DNA of 64,000 bases from Camelus ferus (Eukaryota): contig NC_045697.1 of the NCBI RefSeq assembly GCF_009834535.1, forward strand, positions 94,490,001 through 94,554,000, given 5' to 3'. The translations under genes and the position numbers were made by a program. The notes beneath the pieces were generated by a model that worked only from the letters and a program-made list of their open reading frames with translations, made no database searches and had not been told where the DNA came from. Below are positions 25,511 through 37,792 of the stretch, piece after piece (the stretch's first letter is position 1; every line of letters begins with the position of its first letter).

Positions 25511-28500
25511 GACTATTCTGGTATCTTTGAAAAAATTATATAATAATTTATTATGAAAAGTATAGTTAAATTATTCTAAATCAACATTAATGAATCTAAT
25601 GATTATAAATATTTTCTCATTCTTTTTGAAAATACTGCTTATGGAAGAATTGAAAACTTCAGATTTTCATATTATTCTTAGTTGAGTATTATATGTATTA
25701 GTACATAATCTAACATTTTAAGGCAAGTATATGTCAAAACACCAGGCAATAGATTTTATAATAGAATAACAAAGTAAGAGTTTTTTCTTATTATTATGGG
25801 AAACCTGAAAACAAATGGAATTTATATTAATTTGCACTAAATTGTGCATTACAGAATTGATTTCATCAGTTCAGATTTATTTCCCTTGTCTTTAGAAGTC
25901 CTGTGCTGTTCAAAGACAGTAATTTACAAGCATAGTACAAAAAATTAAGTGCAAAGCATATAAGCATGAACTTTTCAAATAATTTTCAGAAGTTATGCCT
26001 ATACACTAGTCAAATAAAATGTTTAAAAAATAGGTAAAAATGGAAAAATTGTCCCATTCATTGATTGAATTGCCATAAAATCATCTAATTCCACTGATTT
26101 TTCTGTTCTCTTTTAACAGACTACCTATTGGGATTTTCTGTTTGCTGTAGGCTAGACCTGATGACCAGGAGCTTTCAGAGAGATTACAGCTGACAAGACT
26201 TTGGAGAGTGGCTCTTCAGGGGTCCAGATTGAACTTGTCTCGCTTTTACATCTGGCCTAATAGCCTGAAGAAGTCTTTTGATGCCATTGCAGCAGCAATT
26301 GCAGCAACATCATTAGTGGCATTGCCACAGTGGGTAGTAATGCATTGGCCAACCATTACTGGAGAAACAGGAATGAAGAAGCAGCCTAAGGACGCAAGTG
26401 CAAGGGGAGTAGTTATTCAATTTCACTTTGGGGAGCAAAACACTGTAACCACTCTTTGCTCTAGAAATTTCCATTTGTCAGTTTCAACTGCTTTTTTCAC
26501 TGGAATTATCTGAAAATTTATTTTTAAAATAAACAATATAAAATTATATTTGTGTAGCAAGTTTATTACATGTATCCCCATTTAATAGATGTAAACTCAC
26601 ATTCAGAAAATGGTGATTTAGTGGAACTAGAAAACTCCATCCTTTTTCCATGCCAAGTTATGTTTTGTTTGGATTCTTTTGCTTTTCGGGTTACCCAAGC
26701 AATGTCAATAATGTATATTCATGTATTTGCTTTAAAATTAAATTCATACAGATAATTTGGCTAGCTTTAACTTCCTAAAAATGCTTTAAGTACTATATTC
26801 AAACAAAAATTACCCACTTCCTTAAATCTTTACCAGCTTTTGGTATTCATGTGATTCACCTCAAATTCACAACTTTTATAAGTAAAATTTTTTATGCTTC
26901 ATTTATAATGCCTTGTCTGAACGCTTAAAATTTGAGATAAAGACAAAGTACAATTTACAAAAGAAAAAGAAACATTTGAATATTATGCATTATGGGAACT
27001 TATGGCTTCAATTAAAATCTAAATATTCTAATTACTCTAAACAGAGTCAGGAAGCACCCTGAAACCATCTTCACTGTGTTGCAATGCTTTCTGAAGAATT
27101 TTATATCCCATGTGCTGTACTGTCTTACCTTCTGATATCAATTTAAATGGGATGCAGAAAACAGTTCTTGAATTTAGTGTCACAAGATACTATTTAGATG
27201 ATATCTCATAAAACTCCTTATGTCAGAAGGGTGAAGTCAGGTCTTTTTTATTGTATATTTACTAAGGATATTGAAATCTATTGTGTAATTTATATTCTTT
27301 GCCCAATAGTTTTAAGAACTTTATTGTACACAATTTAGCAATATATCATATAATATTTATGAATTGTTTCCTGATTGCTTTAATGAATGCACAATTTATA
27401 ACCAGGCACTTAGAAAATAATATCTTTTTTTCTGTATAGGTACCGGTATCAAATATTGAAGAGCCTCTAGTAGACTTTCAAATAGTTGTGTTGCATTGAA
27501 ATGAATTTAAAAAATAAGTCACAGCTTAAAATGGCAGCCCAGATTATTTATTCAATAAAAGTGATTGACATATTATATTTATATAAAATATTTTAAAATC
27601 TCACAAATTGTCAGAATTTCACATGTTGCATATTATATAATATGCCTACCAAAGTCTGGGCAGTCCATATTATTATTTCTTAGTAAAACATATGAATGTT
27701 CATTGTAAGGGGAGTAATGAAGTCTATAAGTAGCCTATGTTAGTTTGGGCTGATCCAGATTTTGCCATAATTTACTGTCAAATGACTTACAAACTTTTGA
27801 TTTTAAACATTTTTTAAATTTCAGATTTACAAATAAAACTATCAGAACTAAATTGGGCTGTATGAAACAGAAACAATCTCGAAATAGCTTAACTAAAAAA
27901 ACCAGAATTTACTATAATAAATAGAAAAGGATTATGGAAACTAAAGAGCTATGTGTCAAAGGGCAGCAAGAAGGGACTCTTACTGCGGTGCACTTTCAGT
28001 ATCTTTCTGTTGCAATGCTGAAGAAGAACATTCTTGCGTGTCTTTTCATTAAAAATCCAAGAAGAGACTTAAAATTTGCCACATGGAAATAGAGTGCTCT
28101 CAGAAAAGATGTTCTGGATTTTGATAATCTAGCAGACCTAAAAATAAACCTCTACTTCTGTTTCACTTACAATTATTCTATTTTGGGGATCAATGTATAT
28201 GTATTTTTAAAAGAAAATATCAGGCGTTGCTAATTTAGAACCAGAATCCATAATCTGGTGAATACATTCCTGCTTGTCTTACAGAATTATGAGATTTATT
28301 TCTGTGTGACATTTTGTGGGTGACCTGTCAGTAACCTGAAATATTTGGGAAAAATGTGATACAAATAAAACCCACCAACAGTAAGCTGTGATATTATCTT
28401 GTATGGTCTGGTAGTTCACAATAATTTTTCTTTCTTAATCATCAGTCTTGAAGGAACTAAATTTTACACTTAATGTGGATGAAAATATGTTCTGAGTGTA

Positions 28501-28899
28501 AATGATTTACTTGTCAGCGCACAAAGAAATAAGCTCTAGTCTAAACAACTGGTATAAATAATTACTAGTATAATTATCAATATAAGACTGTTCCATCATT
28601 TTTAGTGTAATAGATTATTTATACCTAGAATTATCTCTATATTAGCTCAGAATGACTAATAGCAAAATAGATTTTAGATAGAAACAGTTAATTTATATGT
28701 AAGCATGTCAAGTACATGTTTCATAAGAACACTTCACTTTAACAAGAGACATGTTAGAGAGTTAATTAGAATAAAGACCAGAACTAGCTAATACAGCTCA
28801 TATTACCTGATGTCATTGATCTTGGTGATTTTTAAGATGGAAAAACCAGATCACATGCAAAAAGAATTTTTGTTCAAAATGATATTTAATTCTAAATGT

Positions 28900-29480
28900 A
28901 TTCACTTAAATACATTTTATATTATCCTCCAGAATTTTGTAGGAAGAGTCTGAAAGTCAGAGTAATAAATGACTTGCTCATTGTCGTATAACTGAAAGTT
29001 GTAGAGATGACATCTAAACTCAAGCCATCCAGCTACAAGTCATTAATCTTTTCATAAAACAACATGAGCCAATGTTAAACACAAATGCTTATGTTGTCTT
29101 TGGAATGAATCCTGGTTAACATTTATTATAATATCATGTAGATTAAACATAAAAAACAACAGTAAAGTAGTAACTGATATTCACAGACTTCATCCTCCCC
29201 TAAATCCATAACTACAGAGTTCTTTATTCAGAATCAGAAAAGAAAGGGAGTATATTTAATAAAGGGGTATTTGGCAAAGATATGTGTCAATAGTATTGGT
29301 TGCCTACAAAGTATTTTACATAGAATAACAGTTAGTGTTAAGTATAATCTCATGAGATAATTACTGTTTTTTCTTTTTCCATTTTCCAGGTAAGAAAAAT
29401 GAATCATGTGGAGTTACTTGCAGATGAGAAATGGATGAACCATGGTTCAAAATCTACCCTGCTTGACTGCAAAACCAGGA
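28900..29480 (-). mobile_element. Two MIR SINE fragments
   Basis: MIR core 'aaagtcagagtaataaatgacttgctcattgtc' (~28950) and 'ttttccattttccaggtaagaaaaatgaatc' (~29375). Confidence 0.5.
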
Positions 29481-31439
29481 CTTTTGTTAGTATTTACATT
29501 ATTAATAACCACTCATTTTATTACATTAACTTAGTAAACACAACATCAATTTTTAATGGTCTGAAAATAATTATTTATATAAAGAGATTTAGATCATGTC
29601 TTCACTCTAGAATTGTAGTTGCTCCCAAGTTTTTTCTAGTGCTTTTATGTAGGTATTAATATGTAAATATAAATTATGGTAAAATATGCTAATAGTGGTT
29701 TGATCATGAGATCAGCAGGAAATGAGCATAAATATGTAGCCACCCATATTCAGATACAAATAAAAGAGAATTTCCAACCCCAGTTTCATTGGCCTCTGTC
29801 TCCATGCTGCTTGCCCCACTCTATACAAAATAAGCTACATACGATTTGTTAATCCCTCCTCTAAATTCACATCTAGGATTTGAAATGTGCTTCAGAAATA
29901 CTAAATAACTGTCATGTTTTTTCATATTTTAAAGAGCCATTTCTGTCACTTCACTTATTACTAGAAAAAAAGTATTACACTGCATTGAGATTTTCAGTCT
30001 AAGAACTATTTCTGCAGAGTCAAGTGGCTATTCACTTCAGTTCAACAAAGAGTTGTCTACTGACTCCTGAGTGTAAATTAGCACATCAGGATGAATATGT
30101 TATTGTTCCTCATAACATTTATTACAGGTAACCCTTAAACTTGTGACGTCGGGTCTGTGTTTTAACAATGTCAAGAAGCACAAAGATATCAATCATTTAG
30201 TACTCCAATGTAATGCTCTTTGTAAATTGAACAATGCACAGCTTGACAAAGAAGTTCTTCCGTTACTGTGAAAGTCAAGAGGTTCAACAACTACTCCTAT
30301 AGCTAGGTCTGACAAGTATATTGTTCTTTAATGATAGACCTATGCTCTTAATTATTTCAAGTACATGCAGCACTGAAGTCTACTGCTAAATAAATACATG
30401 TGTATGAATATGAAATTTAATACGAATTCAGCTTGAGTGAATCCCAGATTGTGTTGTACTGCTGCTATCAAAAATTTGTATGTATTAAAACTTCTCTGGT
30501 CTAGCTCACTTAACTGTTTATATTTTATCAATAGATATTCAGCATCTTCACGTAATTGACTTATTGACATGGCTATTAAAGTATACCTGGAAAGACTCTT
30601 TTTTTTTTTAATTCTTGACATTAACTGGTCTAACTTTAAAATAATCCTGAAATATAGTACTACTGACTTAGTGGAAGGAATGGATCAATGACAAAATAAT
30701 CAATTAGTGTTTTTAAAAATGAACGAGGGAATGAGATACAGGGCACCACTGATTTATACTGAACATTCTTCATGAAACCTACTTCTACATAGCTGTCATT
30801 AATATACTAATAAAATTTATGAATGATGACTTGCAATACTTCTTGCCTTAAAATAATTAAATAACAAATTGTTTATTCATATACTAAGTTTACTACACTA
30901 AAGGAATATGATAATTGTCCTATAATACTTGGTTGACAATCAGAAAGAATTTCAAGAACTGTTTCAATATAGCATGTTCATGTTTCTTTTCAAAAATGGC
31001 TACAAGCATTTAGGTTTTAACTATAAAAATCTCAGATAATAATATCAGTTACATATCCAGTATTTTCAGTACATATGTTGTTAAATTCATTTTTCCTCAG
31101 GAAACTGATTTGCTTTTAGCTCATATGTGCTTAAGGAATACATAAAGGAAAACTGACTATCACCATAAGAGTCTTAATTTTCTTCAAGCAAATTATCTGA
31201 TTTTAATAATAATTTTTAGATAATAAAACTTTTTTAGAGATTTAAAATTAAGTATCAATTTGTATTGGCAAAACTGATAGTTTAAGCTGAAAATATAAAA
31301 TTTTTGAATATTTTATTGATCAACACACATTACTGAAATCTACTGGGGTTATTATCACTAGACAGGAAGAAATGCTCCCCGTTAAAGGGAAAAAAAACAT
31401 GGAAAAACTGTTTATTCCAATTGCATATACATAGCCATC

Positions 31440-31620
31440 CCTACTTTTTACCCAGTGCATGACCTTAGACAGCTATCTTCACTTTTCTAACCTTCAGTTC
31501 CTTCTTCATGTGAAATTGGGCATAATATTACCCTTACAAAATAAATACTAAAATTTTAAATAATGTGTGTAAAGTACCTAGCAAAAGCCTGGGACATTGT
31601 AGACTCTCATTAAGTTTTAA
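31440..31620 (+). mobile_element. MIR SINE
   Basis: 'catgaccttagacagctatcttcacttttctaaccttcagttccttcttcatgtgaaattggg', 'taatgtgtgtaaagtacctagc'. Confidence 0.7.
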
Positions 31621-34129
31621 TAACTATGGAAATAAACTAAAAAGGCTCTCTAATTGGGGTCACAGGCCTTTTATCACCAAAAATAATTTGAGCTAATTTT
31701 CCACAGTATACCAGTAGATTCATGTTGGCCACTATAAATAAAATGCTCACAGGATGATTTATCTACAAGAGACTCATTAAGCTATCTTTTGAAAACCACA
31801 TTATGTTGATTTTTGTGGGTAAAAGCTATAGATAACTCATGGGAAATATAAAATAAAGGAAATAAACACTTTAATTCAGCCACAAATGTTGAACTAAATC
31901 ATGAAGTACCTTTGGTACTATGATGGAGTAACCTCTATGATAATTTTTTAGTTTTGCAAGTGCATATGGTTTCATTGCTGGCCTTACTGGGTAGTAGTTT
32001 AATATGCTTTCATACTTAGGCCTGTCTGGCATACAGATGGATTAGATTTCGCCTAGAGCTGGAGGTAGCCTAGTTGTCTGTCAGTCACTGAGAAAAAAGA
32101 TTTACCCTCATATGGGTAACTGGACCGAAGAAACCAGATCTAGGGCTTATTGAGAGGTCTTAGATTATTGGGCCAACAATATAACAATGGGAATTACTGC
32201 TTTCACAGTCATCTAATGAAAGCAAAACCAGAACAGTTTGTAGACCAAAAAATACATGTTACTTTCTTTGTTTCCACTTTGGTACTCTTTATTTATTTAT
32301 TTTTTTAAATTCTGTTATAGTTTTGTTCGAGAACTCCAACCTTCCCTCAGCTATGCTGAAAGGCAAATAGGAAACAGATATCTAGATCTGGGGGCATATA
32401 TTACAGAAGGAGTGTATCTCGGACCAAAAGGAGAGTGGCAGCGATAATGGAGTAATTTATTTTATATTTCCCATGAGTCAAGTTTAATTTCTGTAAGATA
32501 CAACTAAATCAACATAAAAATTCTTAATTTATTTATAAATGTTAGAAATTTGACTTTTTTATTGTTGTTAAATTGCTCCTGGAATAAAACAATGACCAAA
32601 ATTCTTCTTGTTAACATAGATTATGTTGATTAAATACAGAAAGTATTGCATATTCCAGGGAGAGATAGACAACAAAAATATAATATCCATGCAGAAATTG
32701 TGCTAAATCTCTAGACCTCTCTTGGATTGTATGAAATTTTAAGTTTATCACACAGAATTTATAATTTCTTCCAATTATGCCCAATGCAAGAGCAATAAAA
32801 CTAAGTAGTTCACAAGTCAAACTAAAGGTCTCTTGATTTCAGGTTCCTAAAAGAATGATTGGAGTTCCATAAGAATAAAAAATCATTTTATCTATTATGC
32901 TTTTCTTTGTAAAACATTATTTATTTAAAAAAATTTTTTATGAAAGTATTTAAATTTCTAGAAGAAAAACAAACTTTTTAATGTAAAAAATATGAAGGGA
33001 AAATTATCTATGAAAAATATAGAATTCCCAAATACATAGGCTTATAAACTATGAATCAACGTGAAAATTGTGAGGAATATCCTAAAATTAAATTTTAATA
33101 TGTGCTTTTTAAACTTTTTCATAAATGATAATGTAACTTTGCTAAACTTTTCATATCACTTAAGAGAAAATAAAATACACCTTTTTAAAAAATCACTTCC
33201 TGTCACTCTTGATGCTCAAATTAATCTGTTTCCTTAACTTATTATTCATATATTTGATAAGAAAAATATTGAAATGACTTATATATGTACCCATCTCATG
33301 AATATCTAACTCACACTAGTATAATTAATTCTTAGAAACAAAGACTTAAAGCCACCTAAATTAGTGGGAATTATTTAAGAGATATTTGTTGAATTATATT
33401 TCTAAAATAACTATCCAATGCTCAGTCCCCTAATCAGTAAATATTTTTTAAACATAATGTGTGAAGAGTTAAAAGTAGATTTCGTGTTTCCCGGCAACTG
33501 CTGACCATGAAAATCACTATTGTACTTATTTTATTTTTTTTGACAAAAAAAGTTAAAAATTAGGCAGCGGGCTTGAGAATACTAAGAATTCAATGTCTGA
33601 CAATTTATAACCAGCTCAGGTAGAAGTGAGTCATAAGTATATAATAAGTCTTCGTTACCAGTTCTCATAAATCAGAATTTTAGGACTGACATACCATAGA
33701 TAATCATTTAATCCAAGTGTCTTATTGTAAACATCATGCTATGACACCCTGAAAGGTTAAGTAATGTGCCCAAGGGCTCTCCTTTACTAGGTGCAATGCT
33801 TCATTTCCATTACTGACTTCTTTTGCAATGTCTCCAATGTTATTTTCTATAATAACATATCACCTCAACATCTTAATTATTTTGAAATTACTTTTAATCA
33901 AATTCTTGAAGACAGCTGTTATTTCATCAGGTTAACTTAAAAAATGGTATGTACTCAAAAGGCAATTTAAGATTTATAATAATCCCTACTATTATACGAT
34001 AAGCAGGGAAAATTGTAAAAATAAAATTTAAAATAAGAATGTCAGCAATAAGAAATGTTTGAAAATGTTTGGGAAAAAAATGCCCCAATGTTCACATTTA
34101 ACAGCAAAACCTAGGGGCAAGTTTTTATA

Positions 34130-34376
34130 TAGAGCACATGGTAGGTTGGCATGTCCTTGCTCCTTTTATAATTAAGTATGGTCATGTAACTTCTTTGGCC
34201 AAAGAAATATGAGTAGTTGTCAATTGTGTCAATTCTGGGCAAAAGTTTTATTTACCAGTGATACCTCAGATGTTTTAGTCTGTCATCCTGAATAAAAAAT
34301 AATCTTAAGTAGTTGAAGAGATTGCAAGTTGGAGATTATTTGATTATGTAATATAACTTATTTTATCTTGACTAAA
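34130..34376 (+). mobile_element. Old MaLR LTR fragment (MLT1H/I/J-like)
   Basis: 'ggtcatgtaacttctttggccaaagaaatatgag'; 3' end 'gattatgtaatataacttattttatcttgactaaa'. Confidence 0.55.
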
Positions 34377-34728
34377 GAGTACCTATTTGTATAAAAATTT
34401 AAATAAACTAACAGATATCTAAGCCCAATTAAGCTTAGTAGGCCTATAACAAAAAATCGCTTTTAATACAATTATCACTTATTTATAACTCAGTTCCAAA
34501 ATCATTTACTTCTTTTGAACAATGACTTAATTTCTAGTATTGGAATGATGATAAAGATATAATACATATTCTCAAAATATTTATATACTATTCAGCAGGA
34601 AAAAAAAACAATAAACACACAATTGTAATAAAAATTGATATGGACAATTATTGGAGCAATCTACAGCTTCCTAAGGAACAAGGTCACATAAATGCACATT
34701 TACTGAGATTAAAAAAAATAGGCACTGA

Positions 34729-35167
34729 TTCTTCCAATCAAAGAGCATAGGATATCTTTCCATTTTTTAAAGTCTTCTTTAATTTCCTTCATCAATGGTT
34801 TATAGTTTTCTGTGTATAATTCTTTCACCTCCTTGGTTAGATTTATTCCTAGGTATTTTATTACTTTGGGTGCTATTTTAAAGGGGATTGTTTCTTTACT
34901 TTCTTTTTCTGTTGATTGATCGTTAGTGTAAAGAAATGCAACTGATTTTTGAATGTTAATCTTGTAACCTGCTACCTTGCTGAATTCTTTGATCAGCTCT
35001 AGCAGTTTTTGTGTGGATCTTTTAGGGTTTTCTATATATAGTAACACGTCGTCAGTATATAGTGACACTTTTACCTCTTCTTTTCCAATTTGGATCCCTT
35101 TTATATCTCTCTCTTGCCTGATTGCTGTGGCTAGGACTTCCAAGACTATGTTGAATAAGACTGGTGA
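34729..35167 (-). mobile_element. Inverted 5' segment of a young L1 (ORF2 reverse transcriptase region)
   Basis: Uninterrupted ORF 34709-35143 ([39 protein letters not shown]...[12 protein letters not shown]) is L1 ORF2 RT, including the catalytic YxDD region. Confidence 0.95.
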
Positions 35168-35753
35168 CCAGTTCAGGATGACACCTGCACCCCAATGTTC
35201 ATAGCAGCACTATTTACAATAGCCAAGTCATGGAGACAGCCTAAATGTCCATCAACAGATGACTGGATAAAGAAGAGGTGGTATATTTATATAATGGAAT
35301 ACTACTCAGCCATAAAAACCGACAACATAATGCCATTTGCAGCAACATGGATGCTCCTGGAGAATGTCATTCTAAGTGAAGTAAGCCAGAAAGAGAAAGA
35401 AAAATACCATATGAGATCGCTCATATGTGGAATCTAAAAAAAAAAAAAAAAAAAACACACAAACAAAGCATAAATACAAAACAGAAATAGACTCATAGAC
35501 ATAGAATACAAACTTGTGGTTGCCAAGGGGGCGGAAGGTGGGAAGGGATAGTCTGGGATTTCAAAATTGTAGAATAGATAAACAAGATTATACTGTATAG
35601 CGCAGGGAAATATATACAAGATCTTATGGTTGCCTATGGAGAAAAAAATGTGACAATGAATATATGTATGCTCATGTACAACTGAAAAATTGTGCTTTAC
35701 ACTGGAATTTGATACAACACTGTAAAATGATTGTAAATCAGTAAAAAATGTTA
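35168..35753 (+). mobile_element. Sense 3' segment of the same L1 (ORF2 C-terminus plus 3' UTR)
   Basis: ORF 35195-35437 [27 protein letters not shown]...YHMRSLICGI*; TSD AAAAAAAATAGGCACTGA at 34711-34728 and 35754-35771. Confidence 0.95.
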
Positions 35754-35789
35754 AAAAAAAATAGGCACTGAAAAAGCTGTTACTTCCAG

Positions 35790-36745
35790 TTTCTGGTCCA
35801 GCATTAAGGAATTTCAAAAGTCAACACTCTGTCCCAAAAAACAAACAAAAACTTAAAAAAAAGAAGGAAAATTAGCAACTCTTCCTAGACCTGGCAAAGG
35901 ATTGAGTTTACAGCACAAATCTCTGCCCACCTGCCCAAACCAGAAGACATACAAGAGGATGCAGAGAATCACAACTTATCAGAGCAGAGACACAGAAGCA
36001 GAAAACCCCATGCAATCAGTATTAGGTTTTTACCCTTCACATCATGATTTTACCCTACAGATCATGTCTGGCTTAAAAAAAAAAAGTACAAGGCATACTA
36101 AAAGATAAAATACACAGTTTTGAAGAAACAGAGCAACAATCAAATCAGAGTCAGTTATGGCAGGCTTGTTGGAAATATCACACCAGCAATTTAAAGTAAC
36201 TATGATAAAAAAATAAAATAAAATGACTATGATAAATATGCGAAGTTTTCTAGTGGAAAAAGTAGACAACATGCAATAACAGATGGGTAATGTAAGCAGA
36301 GATGAAAATTTAAAGAAAGAATCAAAATGAAATGCTAGAGATCAAAAAAATTATAAGAGAAATGAAGAATGTCTTTAATGGGATCATTAGTTGACTGAAG
36401 TGGTTAACAGAAGAATCTTTGAGCTTGAGGAAATGTCAAGAGAAACAAAACTGAAAAGCAATAGGAAAATAAAAAGTCTGAAAAAAAGAATAGAACAGAA
36501 TATTCAAGAACTGTGGGACAACTGCAAAAGGTATGACGTATGGGTAATGGGAATACCAGAAAGAGAAGAAAAAGACACATAAGAAATATTTGAAGCAATG
36601 ATGACTGAGAATTTTCCCCAAATTAATGTCATATAGCAAACCACACAACCAGGAACCTCAGAAGGATAAATTTCAAAAAACTATATCTAAGCAAATTATT
36701 TTCAAACTATTGAACATCAAAGATAAATTAAAATATTAAAAAGAT
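35790..36745 (+). mobile_element. Old L1 5' region/ORF1 remnant
   Basis: ORF 36391-36582 (RIFELEEMS...EQNIQELWDNCKRYDVWVMGIPEREEK) resembles L1 ORF1p; 'gaagcaatgatgactgagaattttcccc'. Confidence 0.8.
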
Positions 36746-37403
36746 AGGTATTTAACCATATTAAGTATTCCAAGCAAGATATCCTAGTGGAGAGATGCAT
36801 ATTGGAGTTTTAAAGAGTAACGGAAGATACCAGACTGCAGGAGGTGATGTGGATGATGAACCAGGCATCCTAGAGACTGAGAGCAGCCTGGGCAGAGCTG
36901 TGCTGCCAAGAGAGCATGGTGAATGTGGCAAGGGTGTGCAAGTTCTGTGCTGTTGATTATTTAGCGGTGAGGATGATGAGGGAAGAAAAAGGTTGGGGGA
37001 GAAAGGAAAGGAATACAGGTGTGCAGACATATTAATATTGGTATGTTAGAAAATGTGAGTTTGGGATAACAAAGGCGAGAACAGGATGAAGTGTCACTGA
37101 GAAGCTGTAACAAGCATAGGGCCACGCTCAAATTTGCATGCAAAAAGAACACCTTGATGATAGTAAAGAGGACAATGTGAACAGAGATGACACTGAAAGC
37201 AGGAAGATCTCTTAAGAGGCTATTAGTGCTTTTTGTCAAATTAAGATGGGCATGTGAAGTATATGGCATAGAAAGCCACCAGATTAATAGTCCAACATAG
37301 ATATAATGTGAGGAGAGGAGATATCTTGCATAAGTTAAAAAACATGGGTTTTGAAATCAAATAGCTCACACACACACAACCACACACACACATATATATA
37401 ACT

Positions 37404-37792
37404 TGTCAAAAACACAGTAGACTCCAAAGGGAGTCACGTACGCTGCTTATGCCCACAGCATCAAACCAAGACTTAATTATAGTTTCAACTCTCCCAGAAA
37501 TGGAATCTTAAACCAGTCAATCAGGAATCCTCTGATCAACACTAGTCATGTCATCTGCCTGATAGAAGCCTGTCATCCCCTAAAGGAAAGTAATCTTGCA
37601 ATAAGATACCCGATTTTTTTTGTCGATCATAATTTCCTTGTTCCTGTTCCCTTCTGCCTGTGAAGTCTTTCATTTTGTACAGCTCCTCAGAGCTCCTTTC
37701 TATCTGCTAGGTTAGATGTTGCCCTATTTGAGTCAATTTTTGATTAAGTAAACTCTTAAAATTTTTAATATGCCTCAGTTTATCTTTTAACA
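37404..37792 (+). mobile_element. Solo LTR, ERV1 (MER34/MER39-like)
   Basis: TG...CA ends; 3' end 'aaactcttaaaatttttaatatgcctcagtttatcttttaaca'; 'cattttgtacagctcctcagagctcctttctatctgctag'. No clean TSD. Confidence 0.75.

Noticed and set aside
34709..35143. Stand-alone reverse transcriptase gene
   Set aside because: It is an inverted fragment of L1 ORF2 inside a TSD-bounded insertion, with no promoter or complete domain.
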